64,000 nt of DNA, taken from NCBI RefSeq assembly GCF_000143415.4, contig NW_003314306.1, positions 776,897 through 840,896 of the forward strand, given 5' to 3'. Below are positions 10,951 to 23,892 of this stretch, in pieces. The number at the start of each line of letters is the position of its first letter. Positions within the stretch are counted from its first letter, which is position 1. The position numbers were made by a program, and so were the translations under genes. Source of the stretch: Selaginella moellendorffii. Lineage: Eukaryota > Plantae > Lycopodiophyta. The notes below the pieces were generated by a model. The model worked only from the letters and a program-made list of their open reading frames with translations. It did no database searches and was not told the origin of the DNA.

Positions 10951-12650
10951 AAATTTAGTCACTTACAGGAAGACCTTTAAAGAGATATGGATAGAGAAGA
11001 AGCTAAATGTATCTCACTTTCATGTTTTTGGTTGTGCCACCTTCAAACATATCCCTAACTAACTATGCAGAATGCAATCACAAATCATACAAACTTTGGA
11101 ATTGGGCAACCAAGAAGATAATCATCAATACGAATGTGATCTTTGTCGAAGATAACTTCTCATAGTAGAGCCAAGGTGAATAACTATCCATTAGCTTTGT
11201 TAATGAAGATCTTTTAGTTCTTATATTCCCTTTTGGCTTCGAAGAGGATGCATTGATTGTTGATGAAGTGAGGATTGTTACCTTTGAGCATGATCCATTG
11301 AATGATGCTCAACTAGAGCTAACTCTAGTCCTTGAACTTGTTGGTCAGTAGCAAAATGCTTTATATCCTTGCTATTAGCAAGGAATGCCACATTTTGCAC
11401 CTCTAGTTAAGGGTCCACACATAAGAAAGCCCTCTTTAAAAGTTTTGGAAAATATCACATCTTTGCTCAACCAAGATGAAGTTGAGCTTTGCATATTTAT
11501 TGATGAAAATGTCCCCTCAACTTATGATAAAGCCATGGGTGGTTTAGAGTCTCACTTATGGACAAAGGCCATCAACAATCCTTTACTCAAGAATAACACA
11601 TTTATAAAATGTGGTTCATTGACTATAAATGGGTCTTTAAAAAGACATATAATGCTAATGGTAGTGCTCCTCACTACAAAGCATGCTTGGTTGCAAAAGA
11701 GTTAACACAAATATGAAGTGTGGGCTATAGCAAAACTTTCTCACCAATTGTCAAAATGGCTAGCATGCAAACAATCTTTGCGGTAGCAAATGCCCAGAGG
11801 TGGAAAGTTCACCAAATGGATGTGAAAATAATTTTTTTTAGTGATCTTAATAAAGACATCTTTATGCATACACCACCTGAGTTTCATAGCCATGAGATAA
11901 CATAAAAGCTCAAAAAAGCCTTCTATGGTTTCATGTGTTTAATATCAAAAGTTTGATGTGGCCTTGTGTTAAGAGGGCTTTTGTTATGCCTCAACAAACC
12001 TGAACATCTATATCAATGACAATTATGGCATCACTATAGCTTTTTCATTATATGTTGATGACCTCCTCATCATTGGGGGCAATGATAGTGTTATCTCGGC
12101 ACTAAAGGCATTTTTGGCTAAACATTTTCAGATGAAAAACCTTGGGGAAGTCAAAACATTCTTGGGAATCCAAGTGAATCAATGCATAATGTAGGATCCC
12201 TCTTGGAATGGTTTGGGATGGAAAATTGCCATCTAGTGCACGAGAAGTTGAGTATATCACTCTAACCATAGTATGCAAGGAACTTGTGTGGCTGAGATAG
12301 CTATTGAAGGACTTTGGGGCTGAGCAACTAAGTCAATATTCAAAGCAACATCACCATGATTTGCAATCCTGTTTTCCATGGGCACAACAAGCACATCCTT
12401 GTGCAATTTCACTATGTGAGGGAGCAGGTTGAAGCTAACATCATGTGTGTTGACTACTTGCCGACTGGGAAGATGCTTGCAGATGTGCTGACAAAGCCTT
12501 TGGGACAGTCACAAGCTTGTCACCTTTCAGATGCAGCTTGGGATCCATTGAGTTTCCATCTTATGGGGGAGTGTTCAGATATAAGCTGGAACTCAAGTAA
12601 CACTACACTAGGGTTTTTTCCTTTTGCACCTTTGAGTTTTCTCTAACAAA
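10950..12650 (+). mobile_element. Degenerate Ty1/copia pol (integrase end, RT, RNase H) with PPT
   Basis: TFSPIVKM, WKVHQMDVK, LYVDDLLI (~12048) and RNase H ADVLTKPL; many stops. Confidence 0.85.
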
Positions 12651-12733
12651 GATCAAGACATGAAAACCAAGTTAAGAATGGCAGAGAAAAAGGAACAAAA
12701 AATCATTAGTATGTGAGAGAGAGAGAGAGAGAG

Positions 12734-13430
12734 CAAGAAAAGTTTTGTGATATACCTCTACATTGCGTCTCTCTTCCTGAGAGCTACACTCTGTCGTATA
12801 CACCACCATAAAATCTGAGGAAAAATGGGCTCTATAGTCAGATTGGAATGAGCCGCAACAGCTCGAGAATTTTGACAGATCGGGGCTTCACTCCAGCCAG
12901 TGCACCTAAACCCCACAATTTTTATGGCATCCAGCAGCTCAGTGACAACTCAGCCATATGATCACGGCGATGTTTCTTCCCTTCGAGTAGAAAAACAATT
13001 GGTAGGATTTCGTAAAAGAAACTACCAAAGAAAGGCGCTCGACTTACAAATTCATTCGTACATCGATTAATTGCCTTCCACACACACTTTTTAAAGGCAA
13101 AAAGCCTGTTTTTCCTCTCTTTTTTTCATTCATTTGTAGAGATCTTAAACCAGGTTTGTTCTGTTCACTTTCATCTTTATGGTTACACGAGTTGTTCTGT
13201 TCCCCCTGAAATCGAAAACCACTTCGAAAATATCAGACTAAGCTTTAAAGGCTCCCATCGCTGCCGAAGAATAAAGGTATTCAACTGAACTCAAGGTTTA
13301 TAGATGAAGCACCTCTGACGCCGATACCTGAAAAGCAATTCTAGGAATGACTTATAGAAAACGGACTATAACGTATATGGTGCCGAGTCCAAAATCAGCC
13401 CCTTTGATAACATCATCGGATTTCTGTTCT
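12734..13430. pseudogene. Second scrambled copy of kinase gene fragments
   Basis: Duplicate of 7879-8376, extended by an inverted block (~13205-13415) carrying the DFGLA and YRAPEV exons. Confidence 0.75.
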
Positions 13431-13509
13431 CTTTCTGGATTAGTTTTTGACGAGCCTGCTGGGCTGCAATCTTTCTAGGTTCATTGTGGATTCCTGAATA
13501 ATTCCCGTG

Positions 13510-14406
13510 GTGACATGGACAGGGGACAAGACATATCTGGTGTGAATTTGTGGTTGCCTCAGGAATTTCGACGACTACGACATGCCTCACCATGACAGAT
13601 TTCTCTGGAGAGCATCAAGGCCGAGGGCTTGCTCACCGAGGACGGAGGTGGTCAGGCATCTGGCGGCTAGTTCTTCTCAAGAACCTTGGCGTATGACGAG
13701 CCTCGCCGGAACGGCAAGGTACCCCACTCACAGGATCTTTCCGGCGGTGAAGTATAGCATCTGGGTCGATGGAAAGATGGAGCTGGTCGTGGACCCAATT
13801 CTCATACTTGAGAGGTTTGGAACCTCCACCGTCTCTCTCACCCTTGTTTCTAACTCGTTCGTTCGTTCGTTTGCATAGGCGGGCATAAGTTCGCCTTCGC
13901 TCGACACAAACACCACAAGAGCATTTACGAAGAGGCGGAGGAAGAGATACGCGAGGCCGCTGATAGACAAACACATGGAGATCTACAAGCGCGAAGGCAT
14001 GCAACCATGGAGCAAAGCCAAGCTCCCAGTTCTTAGCGGTAAGTCAGCTCCAATTCTTCCAACGTTCCTCGGAGCAAAGTTCGATATTTCCAGATGTTCC
14101 AGAGGGAGCAGTGATCATCCGCGAGCACACTCCACTCACGAACTTGTCTGCTGCCTGTGGTTCAACGAGGTGAATCGATTCACGCCGCGCGACCAGCTGA
14201 GCTTCGGCTACGTTGTCCACCGATTGAACGGCTCCTTCCCCTTGTTCATGTTCCCAAACTGCGAGTACAACGCGCTCTTCGTCCTCCACAAGCACACGCG
14301 CGAGCACTCGTCCAAGGTGGAATGGGTGAAGACGCTGGACGAGCTCAAGGACGAGAGCATCGCGTTCGAGACGAGGGCCGGGCTGGGCTTGCTCGGGGAT
14401 CGTTGA
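13510..14406 (+). pseudogene. 5'-truncated DUF616 (TOD1/MUCI70-like) gene fragment, copy 1
   Basis: HRIFPAVKYSIWVDGKMELVVDP and WFNEVNRFTPRDQLSF motifs. Small deletions relative to copy 2 and no N-terminus. Confidence 0.8.
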
Positions 14407-14500
14407 CCGCCCGTTGGCCGACCGTTAATCGCAGCCGGAATCCAACGGCTGCGATAACCATATAAAAACGTCTAGGGGGGGATTTCTAGGGTTCTAACAC
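14400..14500 (+). promoter_or_regulatory. Core promoter: AACGG/CCGTT (MSA-like) motifs, TATA box and telo-box-like TAGGGTT
   Basis: CCGTTG, CCGTTA and CCAACGG at 14410-14448, TATAAAAA at 14461, ATG at 14504. Confidence 0.45.
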
Positions 14501-14503
14501 AAA

Positions 14504-16332
14504 ATGGAAGAGGAGGTCGATGACGCTATGTACGAGCGTAACAGGAGAGAGAGAGTGATGAGAGATCCATTCTTTCTGTCAGAGCTAGATCTCATAGTAC
14601 AAGAGCCTAGATCACGCGTGCTGGATGAAGCGAGGCTAGCGCTAGAAAATGTGCCTAGGCCTAGGTATAATGCGTACGCATACGCAAACGCGGTGCATCA
14701 CACGAGTTCTTCGGATGGCAGCAGCACACCAGTGCTCAATCTTTCCGTAATATCGAGTCCAAACGCTTCCGGTGAGGTTTCGAGCAGCTCTGGGGCCAGC
14801 GAGATCGAGGATTCAACCGATTCAGAAGATTCTAGTGAAGACTCTAGCAATTCCGGTACTGTACTATCGACTCAGGGCAGCGATCCGGGCTCATCCAGTG
14901 CCACGCCTTGGATTTCAGGGTATCCGCCGATGGTCGCGAGCTCAAGCGGCGAAAATCCGGACTCCTCCAGCGTAATCTCAGGTCTACTCTCTCGCAGGGA
15001 GGAGCCGATGGCGATATCGATTCCAAGGTCTTCCCGGGAGGGTCCTAGCAGCTCCGGCGCCGTAGGTCTAGGCTCGTCATCGAGCGCCAAAATATCGTCT
15101 CCAGGCGATCCGAGCTCGTCCAGTGCCACGGCAAGCGCTGTTCTTCCAGGTCCGCGCTCATCGAGCACCGCCTCGATTCCAGAGGATCCGAGCTCATCCA
15201 GCGCCGTAATATCGTCTCCAGGGAAGGACCCGAGCTCGTCCGCCGCAGCAAGCTTTCATCTTCCAGGTCCGAGCTCATCGAGCGGGGCAGCCTCGATTCC
15301 AGAGGATCCGAGCTCATCCAGCGCCATAATATCGTCTCTAGGCATGGATCCGAGCTCGTCCGTTGCCACAGCACCAGGTCCGAGCTCATCGAGCGCCGCA
15401 ACCGCGATTCCGAAGGATCCAGGCTCATCCAGCGCGTCTCCAGGCAAGGATCCGAGCTCGTCCATTGCCGCAAGCTATGGTCTTCCGGGTCCGAGCTCAT
15501 CGAACGCCGCAGCCTCGTTTCCAAAGGATCCAAGCCCATCCAACGCTATAATATCGTCTCCAGGCAAGGATCCGAGCTCGTCCATTGCCGCAGCAATTCC
15601 TGGTCCAAGTTCATCCAGCGGCAATCTTCCAGGGAGCGCCTCGACTCCAAGCTCATCCAACGCCATAATAAATCTTCCAGGTCTGAGCGCCGCAACCTCG
15701 CCTCCAGGTAAGGATCCGAGCTCGTTCCAAGCTCTAATCATGACATCTTCCAGGTCTGAGCTTATCCAGGGCCGCAACCTCCGATCCAAGTTCATCTAGC
15801 TCCTCTCCAGGTAACGAACCGAGCCCGTCCAGTTCCACAGCAAGCTCTAATCGTGAGCTTTCCAGGTCCGAGCTCCTCTCCCACAGCAAGCTTTGGTCTT
15901 CCCTCATGGAGCGCTACGTCGACTCCAAAGGCGAGTTCATCATCAAGCGGCTGGGATATCGAGCGGAGCTCCTCCAGCGCGATTCCAAGCTCCTCCGGCA
16001 CGGCTACTCCAAGTAGCATCATCCCGGGTGGATTCGGCCATGGTCCGTCACGCCCTGGCCCGATCGCGAACGGCGGCAAAGGCAAGTGGATACTGATCGC
16101 CAGCAAATCATCCACCGGCGTTTCCAGGATCACCACCCGCGTCGCCACCACCCCATCAGTGCCAGAAGTGCTGTACGTGCTCGAGCGGCTGTACCATCCT
16201 CTAGACATCTTTCGTTCTTTCTGTTTTCCCGGTATGTTCTTCGTCCTCGTTCCCTCGATTGGTCGTTCGCAAGCCCTACCATCAATTGATTGCTGCCCAT
16301 GGCACGGCTATACGCGACGACCAGCCCGGTAA
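14504..16332 (+). CDS. Orphan Ser/Pro-rich low-complexity protein with ~40-aa tandem repeats (PGKDPSSS/PGPSSSS); introns at 15708-15753 and 15811-15865; 3' end uncertain
   Basis: The long ORF 14504-15799 is joined to ORF 15853-16332 by two short canonical introns. A duplicated two-exon-like module follows (~16270-16465 and ~16750-16980). Confidence 0.55.
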
Positions 16333-17225
16333 GCGTGAATTGAAGCATTCCTGATTGTTTTTTGACGCGTTTTTTCGTTCTTCAGTTTCAGCGACCTTTT
16401 TCCTCTTTACCATGGTATTCGTTTGCTATGGTAGCTGGACGGCTTATTTTTCAGCTCCAGGTAAGCTCGGAATGTTTGAATCGCCCCTAGATTTACAGTT
16501 TTTTCATTCTTTTCAGTTTTTACAGTTTTTCGTTACCAATCACTCAATCAACCTCCTACAAACAAACCAAGAGAACTACTGTTCCAGGGAGAGCTTTCTA
16601 CCATCAGCTCCCAATCCCATCTCAGGATTGTTCATCCGAGGCCTACAGTCCACGTCCTGGTGCTCGCTCCTCTAGATCTTTTGTTCTCTTTCTTTCGTCG
16701 CCTTCTTCGTCCTCGCTCTCTCGTTCCGTCGATTGGTCGTTCGCAAGCTCTTCTATCGATTGATCGCTGCCCATGGCTATAAACGCGACGACCACCCCGG
16801 TAAGCTTGACTCTTTGATTGTGTTTTGACACACGTTCTTTCCTTGGACAGCTCTTTGATCTTGGCCATCATTTTCGTTTCTATTTGTGTTTTTTTCCGTT
16901 TTCGAGAGTACGTTACTAAAGAGCAGCTTTTTTCCATCTCATGGTAGCTGGGATGGACCTTCGTCTTCAGCTCCAGGTAAGCTCTTCCGATTTTAAAGCC
17001 TCCCGTCGATTTACAGTCTGTCAGATTAGTCAAGTGCTCGGGCCCTCAACGAACCTAAGGAGAGAACTATTGTTCCTGCGAAGGCAAATCGTTCACTCGA
17101 CCTGCCTCATGATCGAGAGTACTGTTCCAGCGAAAGCAAATCGTTTGTAAGTAGCCATTTACAAATTCGTTTCAAACGTTTACAAGGCAGGCCAGTAGCG
17201 TGACAATCTCCTCAAACTTGACTGC

Positions 17226-19595
17226 TCAGTCGTCCAAGTAATAGTAAGACCCGGTAGCCTTTTGCTCACGATCTTTGATGGAGTCGAGCTTGTTGATCCG
17301 CGGCCTAAAGTTCGTGGGATCACGCCGGAAGGTGATGTCCAGGTGCTGCGCAAAGCGAAAAAGTGGAATCAAATCAGCCATGAACGCCTGGAGAAGGAGA
17401 GAGAAAACGCTACTCACCGAGAGGAACAGGTTCATCCCCGTGAGGAGACTCTGGGGCGAGTTGGCAACGCACTCCACCGACGGTTTTCCTTCGTAGACGA
17501 TGACCCTGTCCGCCAAGTACGTTGCCATGATCAAGTCGTGCTCCACCACGAAGGCCGTCTTCTTGGCGTGGAGGATGAAGCGCTTGATCACCTTGCACGC
17601 CACCAGTCGCTGCTCGGAGTCCAAGTGAGCGCTGGGCTCGTCGATCAGATAGATGTCCGCGGGCTGCCAAGGCAAATGGTTAGATATGCTGCGAGGATAA
17701 GTTCAAGGAAAAGCGCTACTACCTTTCCAAGGCAAAGGCAAATAGCAACGCGCTGGCGCTCTCCACCCGATAAGTTGGCAACTTCCCGGTCCATGAGTGC
17801 CTCAATCTGGAGAGGCTTCATCACGTCCGTGTTGAATTGAGGATGAAAGCACGAGTCCCGGATCTTGGTGTGCAGCAAATGCCGGACCGTGGACTGGGAA
17901 TTGGAGTTGACATGTTGTGGCTTGTATGAGACGTTGAACTCGGGAATTTCTTCGGAGTCACGAGAATCGTCGTCGGATTTTAGTAGCCCAGCCTGAGATT
18001 GGAAGAAACCTTACAGGTGAAAATGGAAATGACTTTGAAAACTTACCAGCATTCTTATGAAAGTGGTCTTTCCGGTTCCATTCTCCCCGAGCATCACAAT
18101 AATCTGTGAGTCTGTGAAGTCCCCCTCCTTGATTTGAAGCTTGAAGCTTCCTTGAGTCCTTGACATGGCAGGATACTTATACCGAGTGTACGCCTGGACT
18201 TCCTCGGCGCTCTCTTGAGCGCTCTCAGCAACCTTGCATTGACATAATCCCCGTTTTAATTGAAAAATTAGTGAAAACAATTCTTACCTTGAATGTGAGG
18301 GACACATCACGGAATCGCACATTTTCCGTAGGAATATATCCAGCGAGGAATACGTTTATGCCTTCCCTCACGGAGAAAGGGAGCGTCACAACGCCATAGG
18401 CACCGGGCTTCCCGTAGAGGCAGCAAATGTAATCAGACAGATAGTCAAGAACACTCAGGTCATGCTCCACGACGATCACATAGCTGCATTGCAAACTCAA
18501 AGTAAGTTGAGGAAAACCAAAAAAGAAAGGAGTTCGTACTTGGTTGGCGTGAGAAGGGACCGAATGACTTGAGCAGCCTTGAGCCTCTGCCGAACATCCA
18601 GAAAGCTGGATGGCTCGTCAAACATGTAGACGTCCGCCTTCTGCACGGCCACCTCGGCTATAGCAAAGCGTTGGAGCTCTCCACCGGACAAATCCTCCAG
18701 ATTTCGGTCCAGGACGTCGATCAAATCAAGATCACGGCAAACATCCTCCATCGCACCTCTTTCATCCTTCCGCGAAAGAGCTTCACCGACGTTGCCTTTG
18801 ATCACCTTAGGAACTTTGTTCACGTCCTGCGTTTTCGTGACCACCTGAGACAGCAGGCTTCGTTAGGAAATCACTAGAACTAGAGTCCTGTCTCCATACC
18901 TTCAAATTATCTTCTACACATCGCAAGAAGTAGTTCTGGAGTTCCGATCCTCTGAAGTATGTCAAGATCTCTTGCCAGTCCGGAGGATTCTACAACGTAA
19001 AGCTGTCAGCTAGGAACTAGGCAAATAGCACAATAAATACCGCAAAGTTCCCCAAGTTGGGCTTGAGGTATCCGTGAAGAACTTTCAAGGCGGTCGTCTT
19101 TCCAATTCCATTCGTCCCAACAAGGCCCAAGACCTGGCCTGGCTTTGGAGTAGGAAGCCTGTTTAAGTGAAGTCAGCACCACCACCCACAAGGCATCCAC
19201 CAAGCAAACCTGTGTAACTTGAAACTGTTCGCTCCATATCGATGTGTGGTTTCTTTGTCCAACTCCCTGGGAAGATTGATGATCTCTATCGCCCGAAATG
19301 GACATTTCTGCCACATACAAGATATGAATAGAAGAAAGAAAAAAAAGGGAAAACGCACTTTCACGCAAATACCACAACCAATGCACAGCTCCTCCGAAAT
19401 GGACGAGATCTTGGATGCTGACGAGACCTCGACGCACAGCTTCCCTGAAAATTCGAATTCATTCTACCATTCGAGAGAGGAGAAGGAAAGCTTGCCTGTT
19501 TTCACCACGGGGCAGCTCTTCTTGCACTCTTGGTTGCACTTCTTGGGCTTGCAACGATCGGAGTTGACGACGGCGATCCTAGTGAGACGACTCAT
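17226..19595 (-). CDS. ABCE1: ABC transporter E family member (RLI/ABCE1 ribosome recycling factor), multi-exon
   Basis: N-terminus [24 protein letters not shown] and CIGCGICVK Fe-S motifs. Two ABC cassettes ([24 protein letters not shown]). C-terminus [10 protein letters not shown]. The first intron has a GC donor. Confidence 0.95.
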
Positions 19596-19624
19596 TGTTA
19601 AAAAGGGAAATGAAGACCTAGTTT

Positions 19625-20260
19625 CGTAAAACCAGCTTTATACTACTTTGGACGGCTCGATACGCGCTCCAGTAAACGGTTGCGATAGGCCCAAACCAAC
19701 GACCCACCCTAAAAGGCTGTTGAGAATGCTTTAGATTATTGCATCCAGCAGCTCAGTGACGACTCAGCCATATGATCGCGGCGGCTACCCGGATGTTTCT
19801 TGTCTTCGAGTATATGGTAGGATTTCGTAAAAGAAACTACCACCTCGACTTACAAGTTCATTCGTACATCGATCAATTGCCTTCCACAGACTGCCATACG
19901 TACCTTTTAAAGGCAAAAAGTCTTGTTTTTCTTCATTCATTTGTACCGATCCAGAGATCTTAAACCAGGTTTGTTATGTTCATTTTCATCTTTATGCTTA
20001 CATGAGTTGTTCCGTTCCAACAGTGATGCTATCAAAGGGGCTGATTTTGGACTCGGCACCATATACGTTGTAGTCCGTTTTTTATAAGTTATTCGTAGAA
20101 TAAAATTATGTTTTTCAGGTATCGGCGTCAGAGGTGCTTCAGGCAGGTACGCAATTGGTATGTCTATAAACCTTGAGTTCCGTTGAGTACCTTTATTCTT
20201 CGGCAGCGAGCCTTTAAAGCTTAGTCTGATATTTTCGAAGTGGTTTTTGATTTCAGGGCT
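19625..20260 (+). pseudogene. Third collapsed copy of the kinase gene, including its upstream region
   Basis: 19627-19692 matches 24560-24630. TTTCTTGTCTTCGAGTATATGGTA, AGAGATCTTAAACCAGG, GCTGATTTTGGACTCG and TTTCAGGTATCGG follow in gene order with large deletions. Confidence 0.8.
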
Positions 20261-20359
20261 CTTTCTGGATTAGTTATTGACGAGCCTGCTGGGCTGCAAT
20301 CTTTCTAGGTTCATTGTGGATTCATGAATAATTCCCGTGGTGACATTCATCCACGGGAC

Positions 20360-21305
20360 TGGGGACAAGACATATCTGGTGTGAATTTGTGGTTGCCTCA
20401 GGAATTTCGACGACGACGACATGCCTCACCATGACTCCTCTCGATAGATTTCTCTGGAGAGCATCAAGGCCGAGGGCTTGCTCACCGAAAACGGAGGTGG
20501 TCAGGCATCTGGCGGCTAGTTCTTCTTGCCGTATGACGAGCCTTGCCGGAACGGCAAGGTACCCAAGCTCCTCACTCACAGGATCTTTCCGGCGGTGAAG
20601 TATAGCATCTGGGACGATGGAAAGATGGAGCTGGTCGTGGACCCGATTCTCATACTTGAGAGGTTTGGAATCTCCATCGTCTCTCTCACCTTGTTTCTAA
20701 TTCTCATACTTGAGAGGTTTGGAACCTCCAGCGTCTCTCTCACCCTCGTTTCTAACTCGTTCGTTCGTTCGTTCGCATAGATATCTCTGGCGAGGCGGGC
20801 ATAAGTTCGCCATCGCTCGACACAAACACCACAAGAGCATTTACGAAGAGGCCGATGCCAACAAGCGGAGGAAGAGATACGCGAGGCAGCTGATAGACAA
20901 ACACATGGAGATCTACAAGCGCGAAGGCATGCAACCATGGAGCAAAGCCAAGCTCCCAGTTCTTAGTGGCCAATTCTTCTTGAGCAAAGTTCACTGTTCT
21001 CCCTCTCTCGATTTTTCCAGATGTTCCAGAGGGAGCAGTGATCATCCGCGAGCACACTCCACTCACGAACTTGTTCTGCTGCCTGTGGTTCAACGAGGTG
21101 AACCGATTCACGCCGCGCGACCAGCTGAGCTTCGGCTACGTTGTCCACTGATTGAACGGCTCCTTCCCCTTGTTCATGTTCCCGAACTGCGAGTACAACG
21201 CGCTCTTCGTCCTCCACAAGCACACACGCGAGCACTCGTCCAAGGTGGAATGGGTGAAGACGCTGGACGAGCTCAAGGACGAGAGCATCGCGTTCGAGAC
21301 GACCG
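20360..21305 (+). pseudogene. 5'-truncated DUF616 (TOD1/MUCI70-like) fragment, copy 2
   Basis: PYDEP.RNGKVPKLLTHRIFP, HKSIYEEADANKRRKRY and HTREHSSKVEW. An exon-end segment is duplicated at ~20699-20745 and there is a frameshift. Confidence 0.8.
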
Positions 21306-21481
21306 GGGCCGTTGACCGGCATGTTGACCAACCGTTGACCAAAAGCCCGAACTTGGATTTAGGGCTGACCTGCAATAGGGCATTTTTTTTTCTGTGGGAT
21401 CCAGCTCTCTCCGACAGTCTTTCCAGCGATCGATCGAGCTTGCGATCTTCATGAGGTGACTTTGTAGATTCTCTCTGGGTG

Positions 21482-22645
21482 ATGGGATCTAGTAGCGAGG
21501 TCTCGGAGGACATCGAGTGGCACTCCCCGGGAGGAGTGCCAGCGGCGGCTGCGCCATCGCCAGCCCCGCCGGAGGAGGCGAAATTGATCGCGCCCATCAA
21601 AGGCAAGCGGAGCTGCGGGATCAGGAAGAGGAATTCGAGCGTGAAAAATCGCAAGGCTGAAGTGGTGGAGGAGGAGCCGGAGGAGAAGAAGTTGAAGAAG
21701 GCGGCGCCAAAGCGGAGCTCGACCAGGGATCGCCACACCAAGGTGGAGGGGCGGGGGCGGAGAATCAGGATGCCGGCGGCGTGCGCCGCCAGGATCTTCC
21801 AGCTCACGCGGGAGCTGGGCAATAAGTCTGAGGGCGAGACCATCGAGTGGCTGCTCAAGCAGGCGGAACCTTCGATCATCAAGGCCACGGGCACAGGTAC
21901 CATCCCGGCGCTCGCCTTCTCAGTGGCGGCGCCGCTGGCCCTCCGCCAGGCCGCCGCCAATTACGTCTCGCCGATCGCCGTCGCCACCCGCTCCAGCCTG
22001 CCGCTGGATTTCGCGGCGCCGCGAGTGGACAACGCTAACGCCACCACCACCACCACCACCACCACCACCACTATCACCACCGAGGGTGGCGGCGGTGGTG
22101 GCGGTGGCGGCGATGAGAACTCCAACGAGAGCCATCGAAGGTACGAGTTCCAAGAGAATGGGGACAGTGGATCCATCGGAGACGATCATGGAGAGGGGAA
22201 CGCCAAGAACTTGCTCACTAGCTTGAAAGATGATCCACGATCTCTCCAATCCAAGCAACAGCAAGCTCTCGACGACCACCACCAGCATGACCAAGAAGAA
22301 CTCGCGATCCATCACCAGCAGCAGCAAATCTCTTGGCCCGTGCCAAACCTGTGGATGCTGCCAGTTCCATCTATGGGTGATCACTCGTGGGCATACACCA
22401 CTTCGACTTCGTGTCCCTCGAGCTTCTCATCGTCGGCGGCGATGATCCAGCAGCAGCTCCAGCGGATGAATGCGAGCAGCCTGATCGAGCTGGGGCCTCT
22501 GGGATCGATGCTGGCGATGCAGCATCACCCGGATCTTTGCGCCCCTGGCAGCGATAACTTCAACCTCTTTGCCGCGACGTACCACCACCATCTCCAACGC
22601 CAAACATATGATCCTCACGTTACTTCACGAGACGATAGCGGCTAG
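21482..22645 (+). CDS. TCP: Class I TCP (PCF-type) transcription factor, single exon
   Basis: [57 protein letters not shown] is a class I TCP domain. Confidence 0.95.
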   Translation: MGSSSEVSEDIEWHSPGGVPAAAAPSPAPPEEAKLIAPIKGKRSCGIRKRNSSVKNRKAEVVEEEPEEKKLKKAAPKRSSTRDRHTKVEGRGRRIRMPAACAARIFQLTRELGNKSEGETIEWLLKQAEPSIIKATGTGTIPALAFSVAAPLALRQAAANYVSPIAVATRSSLPLDFAAPRVDNANATTTTTTTTTTITTEGGGGGGGGGDENSNESHRRYEFQENGDSGSIGDDHGEGNAKNLLTSLKDDPRSLQSKQQQALDDHHQHDQEELAIHHQQQQISWPVPNLWMLPVPSMGDHSWAYTTSTSCPSSFSSSAAMIQQQLQRMNASSLIELGPLGSMLAMQHHPDLCAPGSDNFNLFAATYHHHLQRQTYDPHVTSRDDSG

Positions 22646-23892
22646 CATTGTCATGCTTAAAATCCCCTCCACTTGTAAAACATTTCAACTGTTGTCATCT
22701 TGGACGTTCAAATTTTTGGTTTAAGGAATATATAAATATTGATTTTGCAATGTGTTTAAGTTTCTTAATGGCTGCAGGTAACTTCCCACCTACCATACGA
22801 GTAGAATTTTTCTTCTCTGAAAAGCCAGCAGAATCTAAGATAAGTTTTTTCCTCGTTTTACTCTTCTCTCCAGATCATTTTTAGAAATTACATCAATATG
22901 AAAGTTTGATTTAGAAAAGTGACTTTTTAAGATTGCATAAATTTTATTTTGCACTAAAACAAGTATGCTTTTTGGCTTTAAAAACCCATGTACCTAGAAT
23001 ATTCAAGTATATTCTATCCTTAGACTTAATTAATATCCCGCATCAAAAAAATTAATGGGAGAATAACTATACCTTTTGTGCTCCATTTTCTACACCCTCT
23101 TAGTCAAGTTTCAAGTGGCTTTCAAAAAGTAGGGTCTTAAAAAAGGAAGGATATTGATTCATCTGTGACTGTGTTAGAGATTTCCATTCGAGGAAAAGCT
23201 TTAGGGAGCATAATGTTCTGTGCTTTTGCTCACAGAATTCAGGCAGGCAACCTTTTGCATAGATCCATAGAGACATAAATTCAAGCTTCTAAATTTTTTA
23301 GTATTCTTCCAAGTTCATTTAGCACCAACTTGTTATTTCTTGCGAAGCCACTCTATATGACTTCGTCTCCAACACCGTCTACATCAAATGGCTTATTTTC
23401 GCAGGTACTTAGCTTTCGATTGATTCTCTTTGCGTTTTTCTCGAAGTGCCTTCGTATACTTCTCCCCTTGATAAATTCTTGGTGTGGTTCTTTATCTTAG
23501 AGAATTTACACATTGTCATTGCAGGCCTGATACAAGTTCTTTCATGCAATTGGCAAATGCATGTTACCCGCTGCCAACTCGAGCACTCTACCTCACTCTC
23601 AGCAATCTTAGCTTCGGGATTAGTATGGCAAGCCAAGGGGGAAGCTCCACCAGGGAGCTCAAAATGCTCATGTTGTGTCTGGGAGCTTAACAATGGGGCA
23701 GCATCTCGAGCCTCAAGTCTGCTGGCCAAAACCATAACCATTTTCTCGTTCCTCAGAAAAAAATCGGGGGTTGCATTGCAGGGGATCACTGCCATGGTTG
23801 AGAATGACAAGGATCAGCCAGGAAATGCAAAAGCATGACATAACAGGCTGTCACACAGATGACAAACTTGGTTACTCTGTCCAAGTTTGAAT

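Noticed and set aside
23409-23838. Opposing ~130-aa ORFs
   Set aside because: Non-ATG starts and no recognisable motifs.
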